Shown: piece after piece, positions 10,194 to 19,829 of the stretch
How positions within the stretch are numbered: position 1 is the stretch's first letter
How the letters are laid out: each line of letters begins with the position of its first letter
NCBI GenBank assembly: GCA_963802945.1
Contig: CAWDKY010000032.1
Coordinates: 77,797 to 141,796 of the forward strand
DNA from: an uncultured delta proteobacterium
GTDB lineage: Bacteria; Desulfobacterota; RBG-13-43-22
Reading direction: 5' to 3'
DNA: 64,000 nucleotides
Translations under genes and position numbers: made by a program
Notes under the pieces: generated by a model
Databases searched by the model: none
What the model was told of the DNA's origin: nothing
Seen by the model: the letters and a program-made list of their open reading frames with translations, nothing else

Positions 10194-11433
10194 GGGCAAT
10201 CCCTCTCGGGGTATAACTTCCCAAAACGATGGCGGTGTTGTTTCCGCCGAAGGCAAAAGAATTGGAAAGAACGATATTCACCTCCGCCTCCCGGCAGCCT
10301 TCGGTAACATAGTCCAGATCACATTCGGGGTCGGGTTCGGTCAGGTGAATCGTCGGCGGAATAAAATGCTGAAAAATAGCCAGAACGCAAGCCACTGCTT
10401 CGATGGCGCCGGCCGCGCCCAAGGTGTGGCCCGTCATGGATTTTGTGGAACTCACCGGGAGGTGATAGGCCCGTTGGCCGAAAACCGCCTTGATCGCCTT
10501 GGTTTCTACAGGATCGTTGGCCGGGGTGGCCGTGCCATGGGCGTTGATATAGTCCACCTGCTCAGGGGCTAGGCCGCTGTCCTGCAAGGCGGCTTCTATA
10601 CAGCGCACCGCCCCCGAAGCCTCAGGGTCCGGAGCGGTCATATGGTAGCTGTCGCAACTCACCCCGTATCCGAGGACCTCCCCGTAGATGCGCGCTCCCC
10701 GCTTTTGCGCCTGGCTCAAGGCCTCCAGGATCATGATGCCGGCCCCTTCGCCGAGAGAAAGCCCCTGCCGGTTTTTGTCGAAAGGCTTGCAATATTCCGG
10801 GTCCACCGCCTGCAGCGCGTTAAAAGCGCCGTAAGTAATCCGGCAAAGGGGTTCGGTGCCTCCGGCGATAACCACGGTTGCCGTCCCCTCCCGGATCAGA
10901 TCCCTGGCATACCCGATGGCCGTGGCGCCGGATGAACAGGCGGTCATGAATGTGGTTTTGGGTCCCATCAGCCCTAAGTTTGAGGCGATCTGGTCCGCGG
11001 AAGAGGCGCAGCAAAAGGCCGAAAAAGGCGAATAGCGGACGCCTTTACCGCTGCCCTGGAGATATTGGCGATAGGCCTCCTCGCCTTCCAGCATGCCGCC
11101 GGCCCCGCCGCCGATAACAACGCCGGTATCGGCCTGCAGGACTTCCGGAAAAGGAAAAAGTCCCGCATCGCTCAAGGCCTCCAGCGCAGCCGCCATGGCC
11201 ATGCGGTCCGAACGAGACATCCGCTTTAATGAGAATTCCGGCGGGATCATCTCGCGTGGGGCAAAATTTTTCACTTCCCCGCCGGTATGGGTTCTGAAGT
11301 CGGTCGTATCAAAGACCGTGACCGGTCCGATGCCGCATACCCCTTGCCTTAGAGCTGCGCTGAATTTAGACGCACTCCCGGCAATGGCATTGATGGTTCC
11401 CAGTCCGGTGATGACGACTCTTTCTTTTTCCAT
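10186..11433 (-). CDS. Beta-ketoacyl-ACP synthase II-family ketosynthase
   Basis: TACSSG, NAHGTAT and KSMTGH catalytic Cys-His-His motifs. Confidence 0.93.
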   Translation of the reverse strand: MEKERVVITGLGTINAIAGSASKFSAALRQGVCGIGPVTVFDTTDFRTHTGGEVKNFAPREMIPPEFSLKRMSRSDRMAMAAALEALSDAGLFPFPEVLQADTGVVIGGGAGGMLEGEEAYRQYLQGSGKGVRYSPFSAFCCASSADQIASNLGLMGPKTTFMTACSSGATAIGYARDLIREGTATVVIAGGTEPLCRITYGAFNALQAVDPEYCKPFDKNRQGLSLGEGAGIMILEALSQAQKRGARIYGEVLGYGVSCDSYHMTAPDPEASGAVRCIEAALQDSGLAPEQVDYINAHGTATPANDPVETKAIKAVFGQRAYHLPVSSTKSMTGHTLGAAGAIEAVACVLAIFQHFIPPTIHLTEPDPECDLDYVTEGCREAEVNIVLSNSFAFGGNNTAIVLGSYTPRGIAHE

Positions 11434-11532
11434 AAGAACTTATTAGTTCACAGAAAGCTGTAATAATAGGCAGACAGATTGAATGTTTTTTATTTGATAT
11501 TTTTTAGCTAGGAACTTGCTTTTTGAGAGGAG

Positions 11533-11561
11533 ACTATAAACCAAGGGAAAAACGGGGTCAA
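11533..11561 (-). promoter_or_regulatory. Sigma70-like promoter for the KS operon
   Basis: Minus strand TTGACC-17 nt-TATAGT about 100 bp upstream of the KS start. Confidence 0.6.
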
Positions 11562-11635
11562 GGAGAAAAGGGTTATAAAGCAAGAACCCAGTATGACAAT
11601 TTTAACCAAAGAAGAGAAGTAACAGAAGATCAACC

Positions 11636-13594
11636 TTACTCTTCTATAGTTTCCATTTTCAATATCGAATCTTCCCAATAAGCCGTCAGCTGATTCACTT
11701 CTTTTTCAATCCGGGTATAGTCCTGCATCAAATCCTCGAATTGAGAACGATCCTTATAAGTCTCGGGATCGGCCAAAAGCGTTTCCATCCTTTTCTTTTC
11801 CTCAAAGGCATTCGAAAGCTGTTCCTCCAATTCTTTGATTTGTTTTATTAAGGGCGCCTGGCGTCGAAAAAGGGCATTTCTCTGTTCCGCCTCTTGACGT
11901 TTTTCTTCCTGGGATTTTCGAACAACGGATTTATTGGCCGGGGTTCCTTCTTTCTCCCTACGGGTTCTCGGCAAGGGATAGATATCGGAGAGGCGGGCTT
12001 TCCAAATTTCTTCAAAGTCCTGGTAATTGCCTGGAAAAAGTTCCGCCTTTCCATCACGGATATAGAGGACCTTGTTGGACAGGGCATTGATCAGATGACG
12101 GTCGTGGGTTATAATACATAAGGGCCCGGAAAAGGATTTCAGGGCTTCCTCCAATACTTCCCTGGAGGGGATATCCAGGTGATTGGTCGGCTCATCGAAG
12201 AGCAAAAAATTGGCCCCGGATAAAAGCATCTTGAGGATGATTAGACGGCTCTTTTCCCCACCGGAGAGGACGGACACTTTTTTTTCAATATCTCCTTCTC
12301 GAAAAAGAAAGGCCGCCAGTAAGTTTCGCAAGGTCCCGTAGGTTCGATCACCGGCCACCTGAGCTGCCTCCTGCCAAACGGTGTGGGTCTCCTCCAACTG
12401 TTCCAATTGATGTTGGGCGAAATAGCTGACCGTAATGTTATGACCCAGAATGCGCTGCCCGGAATCGGGTTGAATGACCCCGGCCATGATTCTTAAAAGG
12501 GTGCTTTTTCCTGCTCCGTTCGGCCCCAAGATGGCTATTCGATTTTCCCGGGTAATCATCAAATCCAATTTTTGATAGAGATGGTTTTGGCCGTAGGATT
12601 TTGAAATACCCTTCAGCTCCAACACAGCCTTTCCGGTCCTTGCCATTTTTGGAAAATGGAAGGAAATACTTTGTTCGGCCGAGGGGGGTTGGATTCGTTC
12701 CAGATGTTCAAGGGTCTTGATCCGGGATTGGACCTGTTTGGCTCGATCTTTCCGGGAACGGTTGCGGGCAATAAAGTCTTCAAGCTGGCGTATTTTTTCC
12801 TGCTGGTTGGCAAAGGCGGCTTTTTGGAGTTGAAGCCGCTTTTGTTTTTCAATAAGATAGCGGCTGTAGTTCCCGGGAAAGGAAGTAAGGGCTCCTTTTT
12901 CCAATTCAAAAGTCTTTTGAACAACCCGATCCAAAAAGGCCCGGTCATGGGAGATTAGGAGCAGGGCCGAGGAAGTGTTTTGTAAGAAGGTCTCCAGCCA
13001 GATCAAAGAATCCAGATCCAGGTGGTTGGTTGGTTCATCCAGAAGCAAGAGATCCGGTTGGCTCAAAAGGAGCCGGGCCAGGGCCACCCGCATGATCCAG
13101 CCCCCACTTAAAGTTTCCACCGCTGTCTGGAAAGATTCCTCTTTAAAGCCCAAACCGGCCAGGACCTGTTTGGCTCGAAATTCCAGATCATAAGCCCCGA
13201 GGCGTTCCATCTCTGCCAGCAGATGGCTTTGCCTTTTGGCCAGAACCTCCAATTGGGCCTGATCGGTTGTCATATCCAGTCTCTGGGTGATTTGCTTAAA
13301 CTCAGCCAAGATTTGTTGAACAGAGGAATCGACTTCCATCACTTGCTGAAGTACGGTTTTCCCGGTCAACTCTATGACATCTTGGGGGAGATACCCGAGA
13401 CGAAGCCCTTTCTTTCTGTGGACCAGACCACTGTCCGGCTCCATAACCCCTAGCAGGATCTTAAAGAGGGTAGTCTTGCCGGCACCATTGACCCCTACCA
13501 GGGCGATTCGTTCTCCGGCATGGATGGAGAGCGAGACATCTCTCAAGACATCTTGCTTTCCGTAGAATTTATCGACGTGACTAAGAGCAATCAT
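11636..13594 (-). CDS. ABC-F family ATPase
   Basis: Two ABC domains (GVNGAGKT, LSGG, DEPTNHLD twice), no TM segments, C-terminal coiled coil. Confidence 0.95.
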   Translation of the reverse strand: MIALSHVDKFYGKQDVLRDVSLSIHAGERIALVGVNGAGKTTLFKILLGVMEPDSGLVHRKKGLRLGYLPQDVIELTGKTVLQQVMEVDSSVQQILAEFKQITQRLDMTTDQAQLEVLAKRQSHLLAEMERLGAYDLEFRAKQVLAGLGFKEESFQTAVETLSGGWIMRVALARLLLSQPDLLLLDEPTNHLDLDSLIWLETFLQNTSSALLLISHDRAFLDRVVQKTFELEKGALTSFPGNYSRYLIEKQKRLQLQKAAFANQQEKIRQLEDFIARNRSRKDRAKQVQSRIKTLEHLERIQPPSAEQSISFHFPKMARTGKAVLELKGISKSYGQNHLYQKLDLMITRENRIAILGPNGAGKSTLLRIMAGVIQPDSGQRILGHNITVSYFAQHQLEQLEETHTVWQEAAQVAGDRTYGTLRNLLAAFLFREGDIEKKVSVLSGGEKSRLIILKMLLSGANFLLFDEPTNHLDIPSREVLEEALKSFSGPLCIITHDRHLINALSNKVLYIRDGKAELFPGNYQDFEEIWKARLSDIYPLPRTRREKEGTPANKSVVRKSQEEKRQEAEQRNALFRRQAPLIKQIKELEEQLSNAFEEKKRMETLLADPETYKDRSQFEDLMQDYTRIEKEVNQLTAYWEDSILKMETIEE

Positions 13595-13697
13595 TTAAAG
13601 AGAGAGACTGGATGCTGGATAAAAGTAAAAAGACTGATACTGGATTTCGGAAAAATCCAGCATCTAGTATCCAGTATCAGGCATCTGGCAATGTGCA

Positions 13698-14051
13698 TCA
13701 AAATGATTTCTTTTCTTTCTGCAGGTATTCCCCCAAAAGGCCCCGGGAATGGATATCCTCGTGGCAATAGGCACAAAGATTTTCCCAGTTACTTCCGTCC
13801 GGCGGGTTGTTCAGATGGTTTCCATCCTTATGGTGGACGGTCAGGAGTTGCCTCTGGGCAGGGGTAAATTCCCGGCCGCAACGGGCACAGATCAAACCGT
13901 GTAGGGTCAGCGATCGTTCCCGGTAATTCTCCTTAACGGGGATGTTGGTCCGGATTTCCTGTACAATCTCCTTGATGGTTTTATTGCCGGGTTGCCCGGG
14001 TTTTTTCCCCCGCTGGGATTGCCGGCCTGGTCCGAAAGTCATACGGCCCAT
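13698..14051 (-). CDS. YajD-family HNH nuclease
   Basis: CARCGREF...LTVHHKDGNHLNNPPDGSNWENLCAYCHEDIH. Confidence 0.9.
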   Translation of the reverse strand: MGRMTFGPGRQSQRGKKPGQPGNKTIKEIVQEIRTNIPVKENYRERSLTLHGLICARCGREFTPAQRQLLTVHHKDGNHLNNPPDGSNWENLCAYCHEDIHSRGLLGEYLQKEKKSF

Positions 14052-14116
14052 GGCGAGTATTTTCCTCTTTGAACATTTTTAAAGGGAAGGTTAATGCAGT
14101 ATCCATTCCGTCAAGC

Positions 14117-15370
14117 CTAGTCCTTCTCGGAGGTGGCTTTTTCATCACCGCTTTTTATTTCCACGGTATCCTTTCCCTTGATCACTCTTTTAAAACAATT
14201 GGAACAAAAATTATAAGTTTGGCGTACTGCCGGTACCTGACCAAGACCAACGCGCATTTTTAAGGGAACATAGCCGGCCAGGGTGGACCAAGGTTTATCA
14301 GGGAACAGGTACAAATTATAATAAGATCTTCTCTTCGCTTGCCAATTCTGGTTCCAGGCATAATCAGTCAGGAGATTGATTTCATCCACCTCGCCGGAAT
14401 GAAAGGCCCTTTCAAACATCTTTTCCAACAGCACGGCGCCTGGAGAGTAAGAGGAATAGGCTTCATCATAGCAAATCTTTAAAATGATCAAAGACCGATT
14501 TATTTGAAAGGCCAGGTGAGCAGCAATCGTTTTCCCTTCAGCTTCCAGGAAGTGCCACTCCAACCAGCCCAGGTCCGTCAGCCGACCGGTCAAGGCTTTA
14601 TAAAAAGACACCAAGGAATCGCCTTGACATAAAGCGCTGCCTTCGGTGTACTTCCAGCTGCAGGCCTCCACCGCCATGAAACGGGAAAGTTCTTGTTCGG
14701 TAAGGGAATCCCCTGTCAAAAAGGAAATTTTTGCCCCTGGAAGGGTAAACAATTTGCGTTCCAGGCGGCGTAAGTTTCGGACATATTTGGTTCCCAGGAG
14801 GGCCTTATATTCATCAAAAGATCGATCAACTTTAACAAAAGAGCCGTAACCGTCAAAAACAGACACCGCCTTAATTTTTCTTACTCCGTTATTCATGAGC
14901 TTTATGGTGGGAGAACTTTCAGGGAGGCGTCTCATCTCAAAACTAAAACAGGTCGGTTGCATACGGGTCAGTTGAGACAGAAGTAAGGGGATGATCTCTT
15001 GTTCGCCGCCCGATTTAACCAAGAAATCAACCGAAGCAGTCTGGTCGTTATAGGGGGTCCGGAATTTATGGCAAGGCATTCCTATTCGTTTAATAGGAGT
15101 GATTACTACCGGAAGCACACCCACCAGAGTTGAATGGTCATAAGCAAAAAGACAAAACCAACCCTCTCCGGGACTCAATTGATACTCCAGGTAAGAAGCG
15201 ATCCAGGCGTGGGATGGATCCGGCAATCGATGCGGGGCCTGGAAGGCCAGGTCATTCCAGGCAGTTGCATGGGGTTTAAGCCCTTCAAGGGTTCTCACCG
15301 TTTGAATTTGAAAACCATTGTGATTCTTAAAAATAGGTTCTCCTGAGGAATCTCTTTTTGGGGTGATCAT
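14117..15370 (-). CDS. GNAT-family acetyltransferase (CelD/BcsL-like)
   Basis: RNLRRLERKL, SWK, IAAHL, YDEAYSSYSPGAVLL motifs. Confidence 0.8.
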   Translation of the reverse strand: MITPKRDSSGEPIFKNHNGFQIQTVRTLEGLKPHATAWNDLAFQAPHRLPDPSHAWIASYLEYQLSPGEGWFCLFAYDHSTLVGVLPVVITPIKRIGMPCHKFRTPYNDQTASVDFLVKSGGEQEIIPLLLSQLTRMQPTCFSFEMRRLPESSPTIKLMNNGVRKIKAVSVFDGYGSFVKVDRSFDEYKALLGTKYVRNLRRLERKLFTLPGAKISFLTGDSLTEQELSRFMAVEACSWKYTEGSALCQGDSLVSFYKALTGRLTDLGWLEWHFLEAEGKTIAAHLAFQINRSLIILKICYDEAYSSYSPGAVLLEKMFERAFHSGEVDEINLLTDYAWNQNWQAKRRSYYNLYLFPDKPWSTLAGYVPLKMRVGLGQVPAVRQTYNFCSNCFKRVIKGKDTVEIKSGDEKATSEKD

Positions 15371-15466
15371 TCTTAAATTATCCTGTCTTCATCTACTTAA
15401 ACAGTGTATTACTTCCAAGGATTCCCTCTCGCCCTTTCCGGAAAGAGGGTAAAGGACAATTACCGC

Positions 15467-16639
15467 CTACTTACTGAGGAGGCTTCGATATACTTCTACA
15501 TTTTGTTTTGCAATCACATCCCAGCTAAATAATCTTGATGCCCTTTCATACAAGCGCCGGCCTATTTCTTCTCTCTGTTGTGAGTCACGGATAAGCCTAA
15601 GCATTTTTTCTGCCAAGTCGGCCGGGTCATTCTCTTTTACAAATATCCCATCTCCACCGATATACTCCGGCAGGCCAACCGATCGAGAGGCAATAACCGG
15701 CACAGCGTTAGCCATGGCCGTAGTTACTGTCGATCCGGCTTCACTGGTTGTATAGGGGATGACCAAGAATAAACTCTTTTGGTATTCCACCCACAATTCT
15801 TGCTCATTCGTAAAGACATAGTCAAACCATTTAACCTGATCAGTCAAACCCGATTGGGCAATGGGCTCAATTCCCTCTTCCTGACCGTATTCACGATTCA
15901 ACCCGTGGATAAGGACTTTTGGGCTAATCCCCTTTTCTTTTAAGATGACCAGGGCCTTTAAAAATAGATCGAAGCCCTTACCATGGGCCAAATGATGCCC
16001 GCCGCAAAAAATGATCTGATCTCGTGAATATGAAGTCAAATTCGGTAGGTGGGTCCCATGGGGGATGACATGAATCTTTTCAGCTTGAATACCCCAGGAT
16101 TCCAATTGTTTTTTCATGGGAAGCGTTTGAACAATAAGGGCATCAGCTTTATTATAGACCCGGTTTAATCGGACTGTAGTCAGCTTGAAATTCTTTAATT
16201 TAAATTGCTTCTGGATGGAATCGATTTCATGAATGGTGACCACCCGCTTAGACTCGGTCGGGAAAGTCAAAAAAGAAAGCAAGGGTAGAAAGCCGAAAGA
16301 GCCCTGGGTCTGCTGATAATTTAATATAGGCAGCTTCAGGTGTTTCAGGTACCGAGCCCCCTTGAAGACATCCCCCCCATATTCAGGCAGGAGTCGGGCC
16401 AGCCGTTTAATCCTGGACCCCGGTTTGGGGTAAAAATCGGCAAAATGCATTTGGGGAACAAGGGAGAAGGACAAATCGGGGTTAAACGGATCGTGACCAT
16501 AACACCGGCAGTTGGCCGACAGGATATGGACTTTCAGACCTGTTCGTTCAAGGGCCGAAGACAGCCTGTTGGCAAAGTTGCCGCAACTTTTCTCCTTATA
16601 CCAGCAAGCAATTATCCCAATTTCCTCCAAGTGATCCAT
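15467..16639 (-). CDS. Glycosyltransferase family 4
   Basis: VIPHG, KGFDLFLKA, AMANAVPVIAS, FSWDVIA. Confidence 0.85.
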   Translation of the reverse strand: MDHLEEIGIIACWYKEKSCGNFANRLSSALERTGLKVHILSANCRCYGHDPFNPDLSFSLVPQMHFADFYPKPGSRIKRLARLLPEYGGDVFKGARYLKHLKLPILNYQQTQGSFGFLPLLSFLTFPTESKRVVTIHEIDSIQKQFKLKNFKLTTVRLNRVYNKADALIVQTLPMKKQLESWGIQAEKIHVIPHGTHLPNLTSYSRDQIIFCGGHHLAHGKGFDLFLKALVILKEKGISPKVLIHGLNREYGQEEGIEPIAQSGLTDQVKWFDYVFTNEQELWVEYQKSLFLVIPYTTSEAGSTVTTAMANAVPVIASRSVGLPEYIGGDGIFVKENDPADLAEKMLRLIRDSQQREEIGRRLYERASRLFSWDVIAKQNVEVYRSLLSK

Positions 16640-17370
16640 TGAACCCCCTTCCTGATTAATGATTTAAGAAACCGCTTTCTTCCTTCGGTTAATTCCGGAT
16701 TTAGGATGAGTTGAAGTATTTGATCAGCGACCTCCTCGGGTCTTGCCGGAGAAATATTTTTTAAAAAATCTCTTGGAAAAAGGCTTAACATCTCCGTATC
16801 GACATATCCCGGGCAGAGGTAAGCAATTTTGATATTCGTAGCGGCCACCTCCTGTGACAAGGCTTCAGTCAAGCCAACCAGCCCGAATTTTGAGGCACAA
16901 TAAACGGCTAGATTAGGGAACCCTCCTTTCCCGGCCCCAGAGACCAAATTAATAATTTGCCCATAACCTTGCCTCAGCATGATCAACAATACTTCGCGCG
17001 AGCAAAGAAAAGCCCCTTTTAAATTGGTATCAATCATTTTATCCCAATCCGCGCTCGTTGTCGAGACCATTGGACCATAAACCAATACTCCTGCATTATT
17101 AATCAGAACATCTATCCGCCCATAGCGATCCACGACCTGAGCGATGAGGCTCTTCACTTCCTTCTCTTGTCGGACATCGGTAGGAATTGGAATACAAGAA
17201 CCACCCTTAGCCTTAATGAGGCCGCAAGCCTTTTCCAAGGCTTCCTTATTCCGTGCCGCCAGAATCACCTGTGCGCCTTTTTCAACCAAAATCAGAGAAG
17301 TTGCCAACCCGATTCCCTTGCTGGCGCCAGTCACAATAATCACTTTGTCTTGGACTAAACTTTTATTCAT
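16612..17370 (-). CDS. SDR-family oxidoreductase
   Basis: TGASKGIG, NNAG, YCASK. Confidence 0.95.
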   Translation of the reverse strand: MNKSLVQDKVIIVTGASKGIGLATSLILVEKGAQVILAARNKEALEKACGLIKAKGGSCIPIPTDVRQEKEVKSLIAQVVDRYGRIDVLINNAGVLVYGPMVSTTSADWDKMIDTNLKGAFLCSREVLLIMLRQGYGQIINLVSGAGKGGFPNLAVYCASKFGLVGLTEALSQEVAATNIKIAYLCPGYVDTEMLSLFPRDFLKNISPARPEEVADQILQLILNPELTEGRKRFLKSLIRKGVQWITWRKLG

Positions 17371-18373
17371 TGGCTAAGATGCTCATCATCCCAACAACTG
17401 CTCGAGCGGCCTTAACTAAAAACTTGGGGTTCAGCTTATCCAAGGTATCGTCCGCACTATGCATGTAGGGATTTCTGTAAAAGGAGGTAATGAACACCGC
17501 ATTATAGCCCTTCTCCCAGAAGGATAGTTCATCCCCTCAACCACACTGAGGGCCGATATTTTTTTTGATCCCAATGTCCCCCCCCTTCAAACGGGAATAA
17601 ATGTTCTCAACAAACGAGGTATTGGCCGGACGCCCGCCGACCAGTAAAATTTCATTAGGATTTTTAAATCCTGTTTGGACAAAATAAATCGGCTTTTTAA
17701 TCATCTGTTTGGCCAAGTAAAGCCCTTCTCTCAAAAAGCCTGTGCCTTGAGTTTCCCGCCACAAGGCCTTCAAAGAAGGTTGCGTGTATCCGATCGTATC
17801 GATGTTGATGACTCCTTTAATGGAACGACCCTTGGCCGCCAGTTCTTGGGCATAGGCTTGGCTGCCTTTGTGGCCCTGTTCTTCATTGGAAAAAAAGACC
17901 CACTCCACCGTGTTATTACCGGGATTCCCGGCTAAGAATCGAGCCCCTTCCAATAAAACCGCCACCCCTGTGCCGTTGTCGTCGGCCCCGGGGGCCGACC
18001 TGTGGGATTCCCAGCCGGCCGGGTGCGAATCGTAATGGGCGCAGACCACATAAACCGTTTCAGGATCTTTTTTCCCTGAAATGCGGGCCACAACATTTTT
18101 CCATATTTTGCCTTCTGCGGTATAAAAGGGGTAGTTTACATCCAAGGTTTTGTACGGTTTGAGTTTATGGTAAAGATAGTCGGCCACTTGATTCTGTTTT
18201 TCCCAGGTCGTTCGATTTCTAAAGGATTGCAGTTCCTCTAAAGTCTTGAAGATCGATCGTTCCGAGATCTCCATGGGTTCTCTTCCCGGCTGGCGGAAAA
18301 GGCTGGAAGCAACAGCTGGGCTTTGTTGAAAAAATACCCAGAGAAAAACAAGAAGCCATAATTTAATTTTCAT
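17363..18373 (-). CDS. Secreted M28-family metallopeptidase, 336 aa if the in-frame UGA at 17537-17539 is read as selenocysteine
   Basis: AHYDS, GADDNGTG, EEQG and NIDTIGY motifs; the frame stays open 57 codons after TGA, giving the M28 C-terminus (GDELSFWEKGY...NPYMHSADDT.DKL) and a TAA overlapping the SDR start. Confidence 0.85.
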
Positions 18374-18388
18374 TAAACCCGTCCTTTT

Positions 18389-19829
18389 TTAAAACCGATG
18401 GTCTTTCTTATCCTCTTTTTTATCCGGGTTAAGGCTCTTGACTTCTTTTTCAATTCGTTCTTTCTGCTGGGGATCTTTTTCAACATATTTCAAGGCGGTT
18501 TGGAAATGAAACAAGGCCTTCTTTCTATCTCCCTTCAAACCGAACGACTTTCCAAAATAATAATGGGCCTGTCCCAGATTGTTCAAATTTCCATAGACCA
18601 TACCCAGATAATAATAAAGATCCTCTCCCTCCGAACCGAGCTTCAAGGCCCTTTGAAAATTTTCCAGGGCCAATAGATTTTCCCCTTTTTCCTGGTAGGC
18701 TCGGCCTAGAAAAAAAGCGGTGCTGGCATCTCTTGGATCAAGAATGGAGGCCTGACCCAATTTTTGAATGGCCTTTTCCAGGTCTCCCTTCATAAAAAAG
18801 GCTTGACCTAAATCTCTCACCAGGTAGATCTCTTGCGGTCTTAGCAATAATGCCTTCTCAAATTGATCGACGGCATCGTCAAATTTCCCTTCACGGATAT
18901 CAATCCAGCCTTGGCCGTAATGGACCCAAAATAAAGTTTGGGTGTCCTTGGCCCAGGACTGAAAAAGATTTCTGGCCCTTTGTAAGTCACCATAGTTGGT
19001 CAGGATAATGGTTTGGACGCGTCGGAATTCATCGGAAGTCCCCCGCCAGGGACCCTGATTGGCATATTGTTGTATCAGGCTTTCAATATGGGACATGCGG
19101 TCCACGGTCAGGGGATGGGTCATCATATAGGCCGGGATCCCTTCTGAACCAAATGACCCCCAGCGGCGAAGGTTGTCGAACAGATCGATCATGCCCTTGG
19201 GATTGAATCCCGTCTTGGACATATATTTGAATCCAAAATTGTCTGCCTCGCTTTCGTCCTCTCGACTGTATTGCAGGAACAAGGTCTGGGCCGTGGCCAT
19301 AGAACCGGCCATGGTGGCCATCAGCTATGTTGGGATCTCCGGCCAAAATGCCGAGCAAAACCGCAGCCATGGTGGCCAGGCCGATCTTTTTTTGTTTTTC
19401 CATCTGTCTGGAAATGTGGTGGTGGGTGACATGGGTGATCTCGTGGCCGAGTAAACCGGCCAGTTCAGCTTCCGAGTTCATGATTTGAATAATGCCGGTG
19501 GTAACAAAGACATGTCCGCCCGGAACGGAAAAGGCATTCAATTGGGGATCCTTTAAGAGGTAAAAACGAAAAGGGTAGGGTTGTGGCCCGGCTTGTTTGA
19601 GAATCTCTTGGCCCAGTCTATTGAGATATTCCAGGAGCAAAGGATCATGGATCACGGAGAATTCCTTCTCCACTTCTCGGACTGCATCTTCTCCTAACTT
19701 TTGTTCCTCTGCGGTGGTCAGGGCGCAAATATTTCCTCCAGTTCCTGGCAACCAGAAATTGATTTGAAAAAATAGGAAAAATCCTATTAGCCCACTGATG
19801 ATCTTAATCAATTTGTTGCGCATGCTCAT
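18389..19829 (-). CDS. M48-family metalloprotease with TPR repeats (BepA-like), frameshift near 19325
   Basis: NAFSVPGG, HEITH, YSREDESEAD, THP and C-terminal TPRs. Confidence 0.88.
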
